This document shows, in pieces, positions 18,537 to 28,208 of a stretch of 53,367 bases of DNA. The translations under genes and the position numbers were made by a program. The stretch is from a virus (Duplodnaviria; Caudoviricetes). Numbering within the stretch: the first letter of the stretch is position 1; each line of letters starts with the position of its first letter. The stretch is from IMG/VR virus record IMGVR_UViG_3300034158_000030, positions 1 through 53,367 of that record; one strand, 5' to 3'. Under the pieces are notes generated by a model, which had not been told where the DNA came from, made no database searches, and worked only from the letters and a program-made list of their open reading frames with translations.

Positions 18537-18983
18537 ATGACGGCAAAATATCCAACAAGCGCGCCAGTGGGAGTGCCGCGGCCTAATGCGCCCAAAGCCC
18601 AGCCCGCCAACGGCGGCCCGATAACGATGGTCTGCACCGTCGACATGAGCCAGGAGCTGCGCGAGGCCCTTGCGACCATTCAGGCGCTAAAGCCTGGGGA
18701 GTTGGTGGTTCTGCCTGGGGGCGATAGCGAGGAGCTGGCTGCTTTGCGGGAAGAGCTGGCCGAATGCAAGACGCAGAAAGCATGGTGGGCCGATTCAGCG
18801 AAAACACTGGACGAGCGCCTGACAGCCGCCGAGCAGCGGAATGCGGAGTTGGTCGCGGCGCTGAAACGGATCTATGGCGCTTCTGAGTGGACCAGTAACG
18901 CCTACCACTATCAGGAGGAAGCTCAAAAACTGGCGTGCGCCGCCCTCAAGCCCACCGAATCGGGGAAAGCGAATGAGCAGTAA
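18537..18983 (+). CDS. Hypothetical coiled-coil protein
   Basis: Has its own promoter TTGCAA...TATGAT and a GGAG SD. Confidence 0.6.
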   Translation: MTAKYPTSAPVGVPRPNAPKAQPANGGPITMVCTVDMSQELREALATIQALKPGELVVLPGGDSEELAALREELAECKTQKAWWADSAKTLDERLTAAEQRNAELVAALKRIYGASEWTSNAYHYQEEAQKLACAALKPTESGKANEQ

Positions 18984-19671
18984 AATTGACGGTGTTCCGC
19001 GCGATCTACTTGAGCGCGCAGCGTGCAACTTGACCAGCGGATGCGATGCCTACCAGATCCAGCAAGAGCTGACAAACATCCTCGCCGCCCCAGTCGTCGA
19101 GCGACAGGTAGGGGAGCCGCATGTGGTCGGGTACATGCCTGATCATCCTGACGGAGAGCCTCTGATCACGCAGGAATCGCATCAGGATTATGTCGCCGAA
19201 CTGCAAGCCACGATAGATCGGATGGAGCGCGAGGCAAAGAACGACCTGATCGCGTATAAGGCGGCAATTGAAAAGCAGGCGGAGTTGCGCGCCGAAATCG
19301 ATCGGCTTTCAAAAGAAGCATTGCCAGACCGTCACGAAGCCTGGATGGCTGGAGCTGAGGCGGGAAGGTCAGAAATCGAGCGGCTGAAGGGTGGGCAGGG
19401 TGAGCCGGTGGCGAATGCCAAGCCAGTCGCCAAGCTGCACGCTGAGCGACTGACAGGCAGGGATGGTGAATACGGGGTCACAGTTGAGGACCCTCAGTGG
19501 TTCAATACTTGCCGTCTGACTGGTGGAATCTTCAACCTCTACGCCTCGCAGCCCGCGCCGGTATCGGTGGTGCTGCCTGAGCCGCACGGCAAGCAATCCA
19601 ACCTGAAAGACACCCAATATGCGATGGGCTGGAACGCCTGCATAGCTGAAGCGGAGGGCATGAATAAATGA
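18973..19671 (+). CDS. Hypothetical protein (Ead/Ea22-like mosaic)
   Basis: MSSKIDGVPRDLLE, GEPVA and GWNACI segments typical of Pseudomonas phage accessory proteins. Confidence 0.6.
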   Translation: MSSKIDGVPRDLLERAACNLTSGCDAYQIQQELTNILAAPVVERQVGEPHVVGYMPDHPDGEPLITQESHQDYVAELQATIDRMEREAKNDLIAYKAAIEKQAELRAEIDRLSKEALPDRHEAWMAGAEAGRSEIERLKGGQGEPVANAKPVAKLHAERLTGRDGEYGVTVEDPQWFNTCRLTGGIFNLYASQPAPVSVVLPEPHGKQSNLKDTQYAMGWNACIAEAEGMNK

Positions 19672-19759
19672 TCCATGTATTCTGGAATGAATGGCGCTAC
19701 GCGGTGGGCTGGCAGTCTGCCGGGGCGGCGGTTTGGGCGGTTGCGGAGGGTCGGGCGGA

Positions 19760-20203
19760 ATGATCATCGGACCGGACCATTATCGCTATCAGGACGTTCT
19801 CAACGAGGGAGGAATTCACCTAGTAGAGAAGACCTACCAAGTCATCCGGGAGACGCCATCGGGCTACTGGGTCAGGCTTATTGGCGGCGGCGGAAGGCTG
19901 ACAACGAAAGATCAAGCGGACAGCGTCTACGACAACAGGCGCACGGCATGGGGGGTCAGGTTCGTGCTAAAGCAGTCGAGTCGGCGCCACTGCTACCCAA
20001 CCAAGCTTGAGGCTATGGAGTCGTTCGCGTGCCGAAAGGCGGCTCAGATCAGGCACGCAGAGGCATCCCTAGTTAAGGCGCGCCACTCACTTGCCGCAGC
20101 AAATCGAATCGCGTCGACCGGGCTGGGTTACCCGCTTTGCCCATGGACGGGGTCAATCGAGGTAGGGATGCCGCCCGAGTACGCCGGAGTAACTTGGTAT
20201 TAG
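19760..20203 (+). CDS. Hypothetical protein
   Basis: VIRETPSGYWV...CYPTKLEAMESF pattern; GGAGG SD. Confidence 0.65.
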   Translation: MIIGPDHYRYQDVLNEGGIHLVEKTYQVIRETPSGYWVRLIGGGGRLTTKDQADSVYDNRRTAWGVRFVLKQSSRRHCYPTKLEAMESFACRKAAQIRHAEASLVKARHSLAAANRIASTGLGYPLCPWTGSIEVGMPPEYAGVTWY

Positions 20204-20358
20204 TGTCAAGCCCCTTTACAGGGGCTTTTTTGTGCCTGGGCGCCCATATACCCGCCAGGAATAGCCCTTGTGAGCAAAGGTTATTGGCAGGCCTGGGCTG
20301 CCGGGTCTACCTTGAGGGTGTGCCAGGGGATCACCTGGCCCCACCAGGGGTGCATGAT

Positions 20359-20913
20359 ATGAGCGTTAATCTGATTGAAGTGTTCACTAAGATTGAAAAA
20401 GCCGCAGGCCAGGTCGACGACGTGGCGGGCCAGTTGCTCCAGGCGATCCGCGAGGCGAAGGCGGCAGACCTCGAAGCGTTCAATGCCATGATCTACGCCG
20501 CCTACGACGCGAAGGGCTGGTCGTATCGCGTAGGCCGCCCTCAGCCTGGGGATGTCCCGGCGCCGCCGTCAGTGAAGGTCTATATCTCGAACGTGCGCAA
20601 GGGCTACAAGGCTGGCCTCGACATGCTGGGCATGATGTCGATCTTTGATCTACGCAAGGCCCTGGCCGCCAACAAGCCGGCCGCCTCGCCTCCTCCTCAG
20701 GGGCCTGATGAGCTGGTAGGGGTTCGGGTCAACAAGGCCAACCGACTGACCGGAAACCTATTCCATGACGTCATCGTTCTATGGGAGAACCTGCCGGATA
20801 CTCAGCAAGCGAAGCTGGAGGACGCGGTGCGCAAGCTGGTCGAGAAGTTCACCCACAAGGCCCCGCCCGCCATCCTCCCGACTCGGACCATCGGAGAGGC
20901 CGCCGCCGCTTAG
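20359..20913 (+). CDS. Hypothetical protein
   Basis: 184 aa ORF flanked by terminators at about 20208-20232 and 20932-20960. Confidence 0.7.
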   Translation: MSVNLIEVFTKIEKAAGQVDDVAGQLLQAIREAKAADLEAFNAMIYAAYDAKGWSYRVGRPQPGDVPAPPSVKVYISNVRKGYKAGLDMLGMMSIFDLRKALAANKPAASPPPQGPDELVGVRVNKANRLTGNLFHDVIVLWENLPDTQQAKLEDAVRKLVEKFTHKAPPAILPTRTIGEAAAA

Positions 20914-21036
20914 AGTTGACCGGTTAACCCTTCGCCCGCCAGTCATCGGCGGGCTTTTTTATGCCTTGACTTTTACCTTGGAGGCTTGCGAGGATGTCCG
21001 CGTTTTATGGATCATGGACATTCAAGGGGAAGGGTT

Positions 21037-21429
21037 TTGGCAAAAGTCAAGTTTGTTGAAAGCTACACGGCCGAGGTGCTGGCCGCACGCGAGGCGCTCA
21101 AGGAAACTAACGACTGCACAGTCGTGTCGCTGGCGGTCGTGACCGGCAAGGACTATCGCCACGCTCGGGCCATCATGGCGGCGGGCGGAAGGCTGCACAG
21201 GAAAGGCCGGTGGATGCACAAGGCCGCTGCAATCGTCGGGATGGACATGGTGCGCGGCCTGGATGGCGAAGCCACTCCGACCCTGGCCGAGTTCTCAGCG
21301 GCGCACCCTCGGGGCAGTTACTGGGTCGAGGTCAAAGGGCACGCCCTGGCCGTTGTGGACGGCGTTATCTATGACCACTCACACAAGCCGCGCCGGAGGG
21401 TCCTGAGGGCCTGGCGGGTGCCGTCATGA
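21037..21429 (+). CDS. Putative papain-like (Cys-His-Asp) phage protein
   Basis: NDCTVVSLA...Y...GHALAVVDGVIYD. Confidence 0.55.
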   Translation: MAKVKFVESYTAEVLAAREALKETNDCTVVSLAVVTGKDYRHARAIMAAGGRLHRKGRWMHKAAAIVGMDMVRGLDGEATPTLAEFSAAHPRGSYWVEVKGHALAVVDGVIYDHSHKPRRRVLRAWRVPS

Positions 21430-21605
21430 CTCTGGAGGAGCTTCACGCCTGGCACGTAGCGCAGCGGGATGCGCTGGCCGCCTACTTCAATACCGATGAC
21501 ACCGACGGCAAGACCGCCAAGAGCTATCGAAAGCTCCTGGCTGCCTCTCAGGCGCGGGTCGATCTTTTAGCTAAAATAATGGTTGACGGGCATCAAGTGA
21601 ATTGA
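21426..21605 (+). CDS. Hypothetical protein (59 aa)
   Basis: Hand-translated MTLEELHAWH...; ATGA coupling. Confidence 0.55.
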   Translation: MTLEELHAWHVAQRDALAAYFNTDDTDGKTAKSYRKLLAASQARVDLLAKIMVDGHQVN

Positions 21606-21612
21606 CAGAATG
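21574..21612 (+). promoter_or_regulatory. Sigma70-like promoter with palindromic operator, copy 2
   Basis: aaataa-tgg-TTGACGGGCATCAAGTGAATTGACAGAATG. Confidence 0.7.
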
Positions 21613-21639
21613 CGGGCACACCAACTGGAGAGTAAAACC

Positions 21640-22317
21640 ATGAGTTACAAGGATTTGAAGGCTGAGTTCAACGCTCGCGCAATCACCCTCGCGCTAACCT
21701 CTTGCCAGATTCAGACGGTACAGAACCTGGCCCGGATGCGCGACATCATCGTCGAGCTGGACAATGAGCGCGCTCAGGTCGCTGATGCTGCTCGCGTCCT
21801 GGCTATCGACTTCGGCTACGACGATGTGCAATTGCAGTGGGGTAGCCCTGAGTCGATTATCGACATGGCTAATCGCCGCACCGTCCTCGCGGCCGAAGCT
21901 TCCCGCTCGAACCTGCGCGAATACCAGATCGAAGCGGTTTTGATGACCTGCGCTGCCTGGCCTAAGCAAGCGCACTCGGTTGGCGGGTTCGTCAATGCCG
22001 GCCTGGCTTATAAGCTTGGACGCGCAGCCGGGGAGTTGGCCTCGGACTGGCTCAAGACCCGAGAGCGGACGGCGGACTCTGCGCGGTTCCTGTTTCTGCA
22101 TGGAATGAGCATGTCGAGGCAGCTCCTGCAACTGGACGCCCTAGATGCTGCGCTTATCGCCAAAAACGCAAGTCAACTCCAGGTCGCACGCGGGCAGGCT
22201 GCAAACGCCGCTCAATGGCTCTACCTGAACACTGAAGCGGACCCAAAGCTGATGCAGGCGATCTTTCGCCGCAGCACTCGCGCCGACATCATTCGCGACC
22301 GGGGGCTGTTCGAATGA
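21640..22317 (+). CDS. Hypothetical protein
   Basis: GGAG SD; 225 aa. Confidence 0.7.
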   Translation: MSYKDLKAEFNARAITLALTSCQIQTVQNLARMRDIIVELDNERAQVADAARVLAIDFGYDDVQLQWGSPESIIDMANRRTVLAAEASRSNLREYQIEAVLMTCAAWPKQAHSVGGFVNAGLAYKLGRAAGELASDWLKTRERTADSARFLFLHGMSMSRQLLQLDALDAALIAKNASQLQVARGQAANAAQWLYLNTEADPKLMQAIFRRSTRADIIRDRGLFE

Positions 22318-22493
22318 ACGCCCGCGAATGGCAGTACAAGTTCCGCGACCCGGCGACAGGCCAGGTCATGACAACGGACTGGCGCCCGTATGACGGCGTC
22401 ACGTCGATTCACGAGCTGCGGCGTGTTGCCGTAGACGAACAGCAAGGCCGCGACGTATTCGAAGTGCGTTCGCAGCCTGTAGGGGGTGCATAG
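22314..22493 (+). CDS. Hypothetical protein (59 aa)
   Basis: Hand-translated MNAREWQYKFRDP...; coupled on both sides. Confidence 0.55.
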   Translation: MNAREWQYKFRDPATGQVMTTDWRPYDGVTSIHELRRVAVDEQQGRDVFEVRSQPVGGA

Positions 22494-22762
22494 TGAGTAA
22501 GCGAAAGACCGGTATCAAGAACGAATTACGGGCCTTCTATGCGGACCAAGGGCTGACAGGCAAGCACCTGCGCAAGGCCTTGCGGCACGACATGAAGGCG
22601 GTGGCGCGGAATATCGCTGTACAGGGCTGCGGTTATCGCAGTGTGCGCAGCCTGCAAACCGCCTTCGGCTGGGGTTCCTCGCTGGAGGGCTCGGACTACT
22701 GGGGGTACAGAGCCTGCGCGATCAATCATCCGTCCCGCAGTCGGTCACGGTGGGCAGAATGA
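22493..22762 (+). CDS. Hypothetical protein
   Basis: Coupled ORF; AFGWGSSLEGSDYW. Confidence 0.6.
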   Translation: MSKRKTGIKNELRAFYADQGLTGKHLRKALRHDMKAVARNIAVQGCGYRSVRSLQTAFGWGSSLEGSDYWGYRACAINHPSRSRSRWAE

Positions 22763-23070
22763 GTCGGCGCAAGTTGACGGCCGGTGATGTAGAGAGGGCC
22801 TTGGACACTGAAAAGCCTGGCTACTACCAGGAAGTGGCCGACCGGCTGAACGCGATCATTAACCCGCCGAAGCTGGTTGGGCACCTGGAGCTTGTTGGGC
22901 GCGCCCAGGTAGAAAGGGGAGGTCAGGCAAGGATAACGGTAGACCAGATCCCGGTATTCTCGACGGACGCATACGGTGACCTTGGCGCCTTTGCGGAGTC
23001 GGTCAAGTCGACCTACGGGATTGTGCATATCGAGAGCGCGACATTCTCGACCGGCTTCCCGTCAATCTAA
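22759..23070 (+). CDS. Hypothetical protein
   Basis: ATGA coupling. Confidence 0.6.
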   Translation: MSRRKLTAGDVERALDTEKPGYYQEVADRLNAIINPPKLVGHLELVGRAQVERGGQARITVDQIPVFSTDAYGDLGAFAESVKSTYGIVHIESATFSTGFPSI

Positions 23071-23082
23071 AGGGCTTCAATC

Positions 23083-23451
23083 ATGCAAAGAAACAGACGC
23101 TATACCGTCGGCTTCAAGACTGACGACTTCGGCCGGACTTCAGCGGTCACCGTGGAGGACCTCTCCCTGCCGGCCGACGGGGGCAGGGTCGTGGCTGTCT
23201 GCCGGACTGAGGCTGTCGCGGCGCAAGTACGCGATGCGCTGGAGCTGGTGCGTGGCGACCGCGACGACTTTACGGAAATGCTTGAGGGCTGGCGCTGCAA
23301 GCCGGAGCCGGAGCAGCAAAACCTGATGCCGGAGCCGCCCAGCGGGGTGCGCTGTCCTGATGGGTCGCTTCACGACCATGACGGTGAGCTGACATTCGGG
23401 TTTGAGTGGACCTGTAGCAAGTGTGGCTATGTGCATGAGGTCCCGTTCTAG
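23083..23451 (+). CDS. Hypothetical protein with a C-terminal Zn ribbon
   Basis: CPDG..H...CSKCG; ends EVPF. Confidence 0.6.
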   Translation: MQRNRRYTVGFKTDDFGRTSAVTVEDLSLPADGGRVVAVCRTEAVAAQVRDALELVRGDRDDFTEMLEGWRCKPEPEQQNLMPEPPSGVRCPDGSLHDHDGELTFGFEWTCSKCGYVHEVPF

Positions 23452-23544
23452 ACCGTCAATTTAATTGACAAAAACCCTTGCAATAAAGCGAGCGCATATT
23501 TAAAGTGCGCTCCTCAACCAAGCAATACCACGGAGATTCACCGC

Positions 23545-24786
23545 ATGACCGACACCACTGTAGAGACCACTCCGAACAGCATCAATAAAATGATCAAGTC
23601 GAAGATGATCAAAAAGCTCGACTCGGGCCTGTGGATTCAGCTCAAGAACGTCCACGACAAAAAGCGCGAAGATGGCACCTGCTGGAACCGTCGCGACATG
23701 AGCGCCTCCGGCACCCTGGAGCATATCGCAGGCATTACCAAGCACCTAAGCCGAGACGGCATTCTGCCGGCTGTAGAGGTTCAGGCGCACCCGGAAAGCG
23801 GCGTGGTAAAGATCGACGGCTATTGCCGTACCGAGGCGTACCGCAATGTCGACGCATCCGGCGAGGGCGAAATCTGGCTGCCTATCATTCAATTCAAAGG
23901 TGATGAGCTGGACTGCCTTGCCCGTATCGAATCCTCGAACCGCGACCGCAAGCTCACTCCGCTCGAACAGCTCGACCTCTACAAGTCGACCCGCGATGAG
24001 CTGATAGCTACCGGCCTCAAGGGCACCCTCGCGGAAATCGCCCACGTCATGAACGTTTCGCGCCAGTACGTCGACCAGATCCTCAAGTTGGGCGCCCTGG
24101 ACGCCGAAGGCAAGGCGCTGGTGTCCGAGGGTAAGGTCACGGCAGCCCAAGCTGTTAAAGCTGTCCGTGAGGGCGCTGAGGCCGCTACAGCAGCACTCAA
24201 GACCAAGGCGGTCGAGAACAAAGAGAAGGCAGGACCGAAAGCGCCTCAGGTTGCGCCGTCCCTGCTGTCTGACCTGTTTCAAATGACCGGCAACATCCGT
24301 CGCAGCCTGTCGCCAGAAGTTCACGCGGTCGCCGCTGGGTTCCTCAAGGGCGAGCGCAAGGCAACCGACATGGTATCTATCGAGGTCGGCCACCTGGCCC
24401 GCCTGATGGCCCTCCAGGACGAAGGCGAGCGCCAGCTTGAGGCCAAGGCCAGCAAAGCAAAGGCCAAGGCGGAAGCGGCTAACCAGGAGCCTATTGAGCT
24501 GCCTGAGGTGCCGGTAGACTCAATCCCTGCGGACGTACAGGCTAAGCTAGACTCGGAGCTTGCGCATGTCGACCTGGGCGAACAGTTGAATGATGACGGC
24601 CAGGAGCCTTGCCGCGTGGCGAGCGATGGCGGTATAGGTGAACTGGCATTGGTCGACCTGGACCCCGCCGACCTGGGCGGCGACTGGACACCAACGGACG
24701 CCGACCTGCAACTCAAGGACGACCAGGAGCGCCACGAGTCGGACAAAGAGCAAGAAGACAACAACCAGTTCGCATTCCTAGGCTGA
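23545..24786 (+). CDS. ParB/Srx-like domain protein with HTH and acidic tail
   Basis: LPAVEV...IDGYCRTEAY, NRDRKLTPLEQ and EIAHVMNVSRQYVDQILKL motifs. Confidence 0.8.
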   Translation: MTDTTVETTPNSINKMIKSKMIKKLDSGLWIQLKNVHDKKREDGTCWNRRDMSASGTLEHIAGITKHLSRDGILPAVEVQAHPESGVVKIDGYCRTEAYRNVDASGEGEIWLPIIQFKGDELDCLARIESSNRDRKLTPLEQLDLYKSTRDELIATGLKGTLAEIAHVMNVSRQYVDQILKLGALDAEGKALVSEGKVTAAQAVKAVREGAEAATAALKTKAVENKEKAGPKAPQVAPSLLSDLFQMTGNIRRSLSPEVHAVAAGFLKGERKATDMVSIEVGHLARLMALQDEGERQLEAKASKAKAKAEAANQEPIELPEVPVDSIPADVQAKLDSELAHVDLGEQLNDDGQEPCRVASDGGIGELALVDLDPADLGGDWTPTDADLQLKDDQERHESDKEQEDNNQFAFLG

Positions 24787-24837
24787 CAATCAACTTTACG
24801 GGGCGCTTCGGCGCTCCGCTTTCTGGAGAGAAAGAGT

Positions 24838-25287
24838 ATGACCAACAACAAGCAATCGACCGGCCCTATCGACCTGATTCCTGGCGCTAACTGCCTTGAG
24901 TACGCCTTTGTGGGCTCCCGTGTGACGTGTGAGCCGCCAGTGCTGGACACTGACTGCGACATCATTGTGCTGTTCGAGCGGTATCCCGGGCTTGCCGCTA
25001 TGCAGAGCGCAATCTATCAGGCCGGCGGCGAGCAGTGCGGCGAAGACTACGGCGGCGAGGCCGAGCTGATCCCTATGCGCCTGGGCGATCACAATTATCT
25101 CTTGACCCTTTCGCCGACCTACTACCGAACCTTCTTGCATGTGACGGCGGTAGCAAAGCACCTAAACCTCCTCGACAAGGCCGACCGAAAGGCTGTGTTC
25201 GCCTGCCTGATGGATGGCGACACCTCTTACATGACCGAGGGTTCGCGCATCAAATCCCACGCCCAACCCCTGGAGGACTTCCTGTAA
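24838..25287 (+). CDS. Putative pol-beta-superfamily nucleotidyltransferase
   Basis: FVGSRVT...DTDCDIIV (GS..DxD motif). Confidence 0.6.
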   Translation: MTNNKQSTGPIDLIPGANCLEYAFVGSRVTCEPPVLDTDCDIIVLFERYPGLAAMQSAIYQAGGEQCGEDYGGEAELIPMRLGDHNYLLTLSPTYYRTFLHVTAVAKHLNLLDKADRKAVFACLMDGDTSYMTEGSRIKSHAQPLEDFL

Positions 25288-26021
25288 TGCTGCCTGAAAC
25301 CGCCTACATCATGGATACAGAGACGACCGGCAAAGATCCGGCCGTAGATCAGGTCATCGAGCTGGCGCGCCTGGAGCTTCCTGCCACGCCCGCTGAGTTC
25401 CTGAAAATGCCTCTCGACGGCGTCACGTTTCACCAGTTCTATGGGCATACCGCGCCAATGGCGCTCGGTGCAATCGCTACCCACCTGATCGACCCTGACA
25501 AGCTGGTTGGCCTACCACTGTTCGAGTCGGTCGACTACGCCGGCCGGTTCGCTATCGGGCATAACGTCGACTTCGACTGCCGCATGACGAACCTTGTCGG
25601 CTGCAAGCAGATTGACACCCTGCCGCTGTCCCGGATGCTGTGGCCTGAGCTGGACTCGCACACGCAGAGCGCGGTCCTGATCCACGTCGGGCGCCTCACT
25701 AAAAAGCCGTCGTCCTGGGCGATCAACCTGCTCAAGAACGCCCACCAGGCAGACGCCGACGTCCTAAACTGCGCTCGCGTGCTCAAGTACATCGTGTGGG
25801 TCATCATGAATAGTCATGAGCTCAGGGGCTTGCTGAGCTGGCACGACCTGTACCAGGTCACGCAGGATTCCCGCGTGCCGAAGGTGATGCCATTCAGCAA
25901 GCACAAGGGTGTCGCAATTGCCGACGTCGACCAGGGCTGGGTAGACTGGTACGCAAAGCAGGAAGTTACCGACCCGTGGCTAATCATCGCATTCAAGAAG
26001 GCGGGGAAATTGCCAGCCTAA
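25287..26021 (+). CDS. DEDDh 3'-5' exonuclease (Exonuclease X-like)
   Basis: DTETTG, HNVDFD and AHQADAD motifs; C-terminal MPFSKHKG. Confidence 0.9.
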   Translation: MLPETAYIMDTETTGKDPAVDQVIELARLELPATPAEFLKMPLDGVTFHQFYGHTAPMALGAIATHLIDPDKLVGLPLFESVDYAGRFAIGHNVDFDCRMTNLVGCKQIDTLPLSRMLWPELDSHTQSAVLIHVGRLTKKPSSWAINLLKNAHQADADVLNCARVLKYIVWVIMNSHELRGLLSWHDLYQVTQDSRVPKVMPFSKHKGVAIADVDQGWVDWYAKQEVTDPWLIIAFKKAGKLPA

Positions 26022-26093
26022 ATAACCGTAAATCTACTTGACACAAGCAAGGCCCGACCTATAAAGTCGGGCCTTCTTTATTGGAGTTACGAA

Positions 26094-26210
26094 ATGTACA
26101 TCTACCCTATCGCTGCAATGGCTCTGCTTATCTCTATCGTCGCTCTCAGCCTTGGCGTTGCCGCTCTCGGCATGGCCTGCCAGCGCGCAACCGAGACCGG
26201 GGAAATCTGA
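26094..26210 (+). CDS. Small single-TM peptide (38 aa)
   Basis: GGAG SD; MYIYPIAAMALLISIVALSLGVAALG; downstream of promoter TTGACA...TAAAGT (about 26038). Confidence 0.55.
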   Translation: MYIYPIAAMALLISIVALSLGVAALGMACQRATETGEI

Positions 26211-26560
26211 TGCAGGGGCGGGAGAAGCGCGACTACAGGTGGCGGCACGACGCAGAAAAGGAGGCCAAGAAGCAAGCTAAGTTTTGGCCTTACTCCTGGG
26301 TCATTCAGCACCCGCTAACCGGCCGTTACGTCGTGCTGACAGGTGAGACTATCGATGACGCACCTACGCGAGTCGCGCCACTTGCAGCGTTCGGCTCGGG
26401 GCCTCCACTGTCTCCATGCGAGCCTGACGACGGCGAGCTTTGGCGTATGCTTGTAAGCTTGATTGACGGCGGACACATTGTTATTTCCCTGAAAGATCAC
26501 GGCGTCATAAATTCTACTGACTTGGCGGACATCGTCCGCGATGAGGCTTCAAATGTCTGA
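26210..26560 (+). CDS. Hypothetical protein
   Basis: TGATG coupling. Confidence 0.55.
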   Translation: MQGREKRDYRWRHDAEKEAKKQAKFWPYSWVIQHPLTGRYVVLTGETIDDAPTRVAPLAAFGSGPPLSPCEPDDGELWRMLVSLIDGGHIVISLKDHGVINSTDLADIVRDEASNV

Positions 26561-27023
26561 TTCAACCACGCAGCACCTGGAATCCCTGCTGAAAGACGAC
26601 GGTCACCAGTTCGCAATGGTGCGCAAGGCTGACCTTGCGGCGCTCCTGGATACGATGTATTGCTTTAAGGCTGGTCGCGGGACCTTCGCAAACAAGGTTG
26701 GAGAGCTTCGCCGCACCATGGCAGAGCAGAGCCAGGTTATCGAGGAGGCTTTCGCAACCATCCGCAAGCTGTCCGGTCACGCCCGCAAGCATGGCGATGA
26801 ACGCCGCCGCTACATGGCGAACAACCGGGCGCTTCTGGCGCACCAGGAGAACCAGGAGGCGACCGTAGCGGAAATGGGCGCAACCATTGACGATAAGGCC
26901 GCAGAAATTTCCGAGCTGAACCAGGAGCTAAACGCATACAGCGACCTGTACCGGCGAAACCTTGGGCGCCTTATGCTCGCCGAGTCAAGCCTCGCGATCA
27001 TCCGAAAGGCCGCTCGGGCATGA
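26553..27023 (+). CDS. Hypothetical coiled-coil protein
   Basis: GAGG SD; heptad-rich. Confidence 0.6.
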   Translation: MSDSTTQHLESLLKDDGHQFAMVRKADLAALLDTMYCFKAGRGTFANKVGELRRTMAEQSQVIEEAFATIRKLSGHARKHGDERRRYMANNRALLAHQENQEATVAEMGATIDDKAAEISELNQELNAYSDLYRRNLGRLMLAESSLAIIRKAARA

Positions 27024-27220
27024 CTCCCGGCGTCAAGTACCTTGTCGAGTTTCCCGGCCAGCTCGGGCGACCAACCGTCGAGATTGAATGCTCGGTCGAC
27101 GTTTACGGGCGCTGGAGCATGGCTGACGGGCGATTCATCCCTGAACCGAAAGAGGTTGCGCGAGGCATCTACATCCGGCTAATCTGCGCGCCTAAATTCG
27201 TTGTGGATGCCATGAAATGA
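27020..27220 (+). CDS. Hypothetical protein
   Basis: ATGA coupling. Confidence 0.55.
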   Translation: MTPGVKYLVEFPGQLGRPTVEIECSVDVYGRWSMADGRFIPEPKEVARGIYIRLICAPKFVVDAMK

Positions 27221-27876
27221 ATCAGAAGCAAGTTAACGTTCGATGGGGCATGAGCTATGCCGACCTGCTGCCATGCTTTGCCGCTCAGGGGCTTTCAATC
27301 AGGGATACGGCTAGCGCCCTAGGTGTCTCTCACGCAGGGCTTAGGGAGGCCGTTAGAAAGCTTGGCATAGCAAGCCAGTTCGAGAACGTAGCGGCGCGCT
27401 CTTCGGCCTCCAGGCGCCTTCGCCAGCCGTTCTGGCTCTCGGTAGAGGACAATTGGGCGGCAGGAATGACCAGGACGCAGTCAGCGGCGATCCTTGGCTA
27501 CGACCCTCAGGCGTTTATGTTCGCGCTGAGGGAAAACCCCGAGCTTGACCCTTATTCGCCATGGCACGTCGCTGCCGACTACTTGCGGACGACTGGCGAG
27601 ACGGTGGTCGCAGGGGCTCGCAGGATGGCCGCCCAAGGCATGACCAAGACGGAGGCGGCAAGAGCTATAGGCTATGCCTCCTCGAATTCGCTAGATGATG
27701 CCCTAGCCTCTCGCGGCGCTTCCATTGAGTTCAAGAAAAGGATGCTCAAGCCTAAGAAGTATTTCGAGGGTTATATTGGCCGCCTATTCCCAAAAACCCC
27801 AGGCCCGCACCCGTGGAAGGTCGCAGCAAGAAAGGAGATTGCACAGCATGAACGCATGGGAACAAGCTCGCAATAA
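27217..27876 (+). CDS. Protein with three HTH-like repeats
   Basis: GLSIRDTASALGV, GMTRTQSAAILGY and GMTKTEAARAIGY. Confidence 0.7.
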   Translation: MNQKQVNVRWGMSYADLLPCFAAQGLSIRDTASALGVSHAGLREAVRKLGIASQFENVAARSSASRRLRQPFWLSVEDNWAAGMTRTQSAAILGYDPQAFMFALRENPELDPYSPWHVAADYLRTTGETVVAGARRMAAQGMTKTEAARAIGYASSNSLDDALASRGASIEFKKRMLKPKKYFEGYIGRLFPKTPGPHPWKVAARKEIAQHERMGTSSQ

Positions 27877-28042
27877 GAACGCCAGGCGCCGCACGGAGTC
27901 GCCAACCTACACGGGCATGCAGGCAGATCCTCGCCACTGCCACGACTACCCGCCAGAGCCGCCACGCCACACTCCTGAGCGGCGCGCTGCCATCGTCAAG
28001 GCGATTGACGCAATGGAGGGGAAATTGAATGGCATGGGTTAA
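27848..28042 (+). CDS. Hypothetical protein
   Basis: GGAG SD; MNAWEQAR... Confidence 0.55.
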   Translation: MNAWEQARNKNARRRTESPTYTGMQADPRHCHDYPPEPPRHTPERRAAIVKAIDAMEGKLNGMG

Positions 28043-28208
28043 GCAATGGGGCTCGAAACGCTGGCATAAGACCCGCCCGGATGGAATAATGGGGCTGTGC
28101 GGAAAGCGCACAATTGCCACAAAGACCGCCTCCGAGCCACCATGGCACGTCGCCTGCGTTGGCTGCCTGCAAGTAATCCAATCGAACAGGAAAAAACAAA
28201 CAGCATGA
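28029..28208 (+). CDS. Small His/Cys protein (59 aa)
   Basis: Hand-translated MAWVKQWGSKRWH...LCG...CVGC; GGAGG SD. Confidence 0.55.
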   Translation: MAWVKQWGSKRWHKTRPDGIMGLCGKRTIATKTASEPPWHVACVGCLQVIQSNRKKQTA

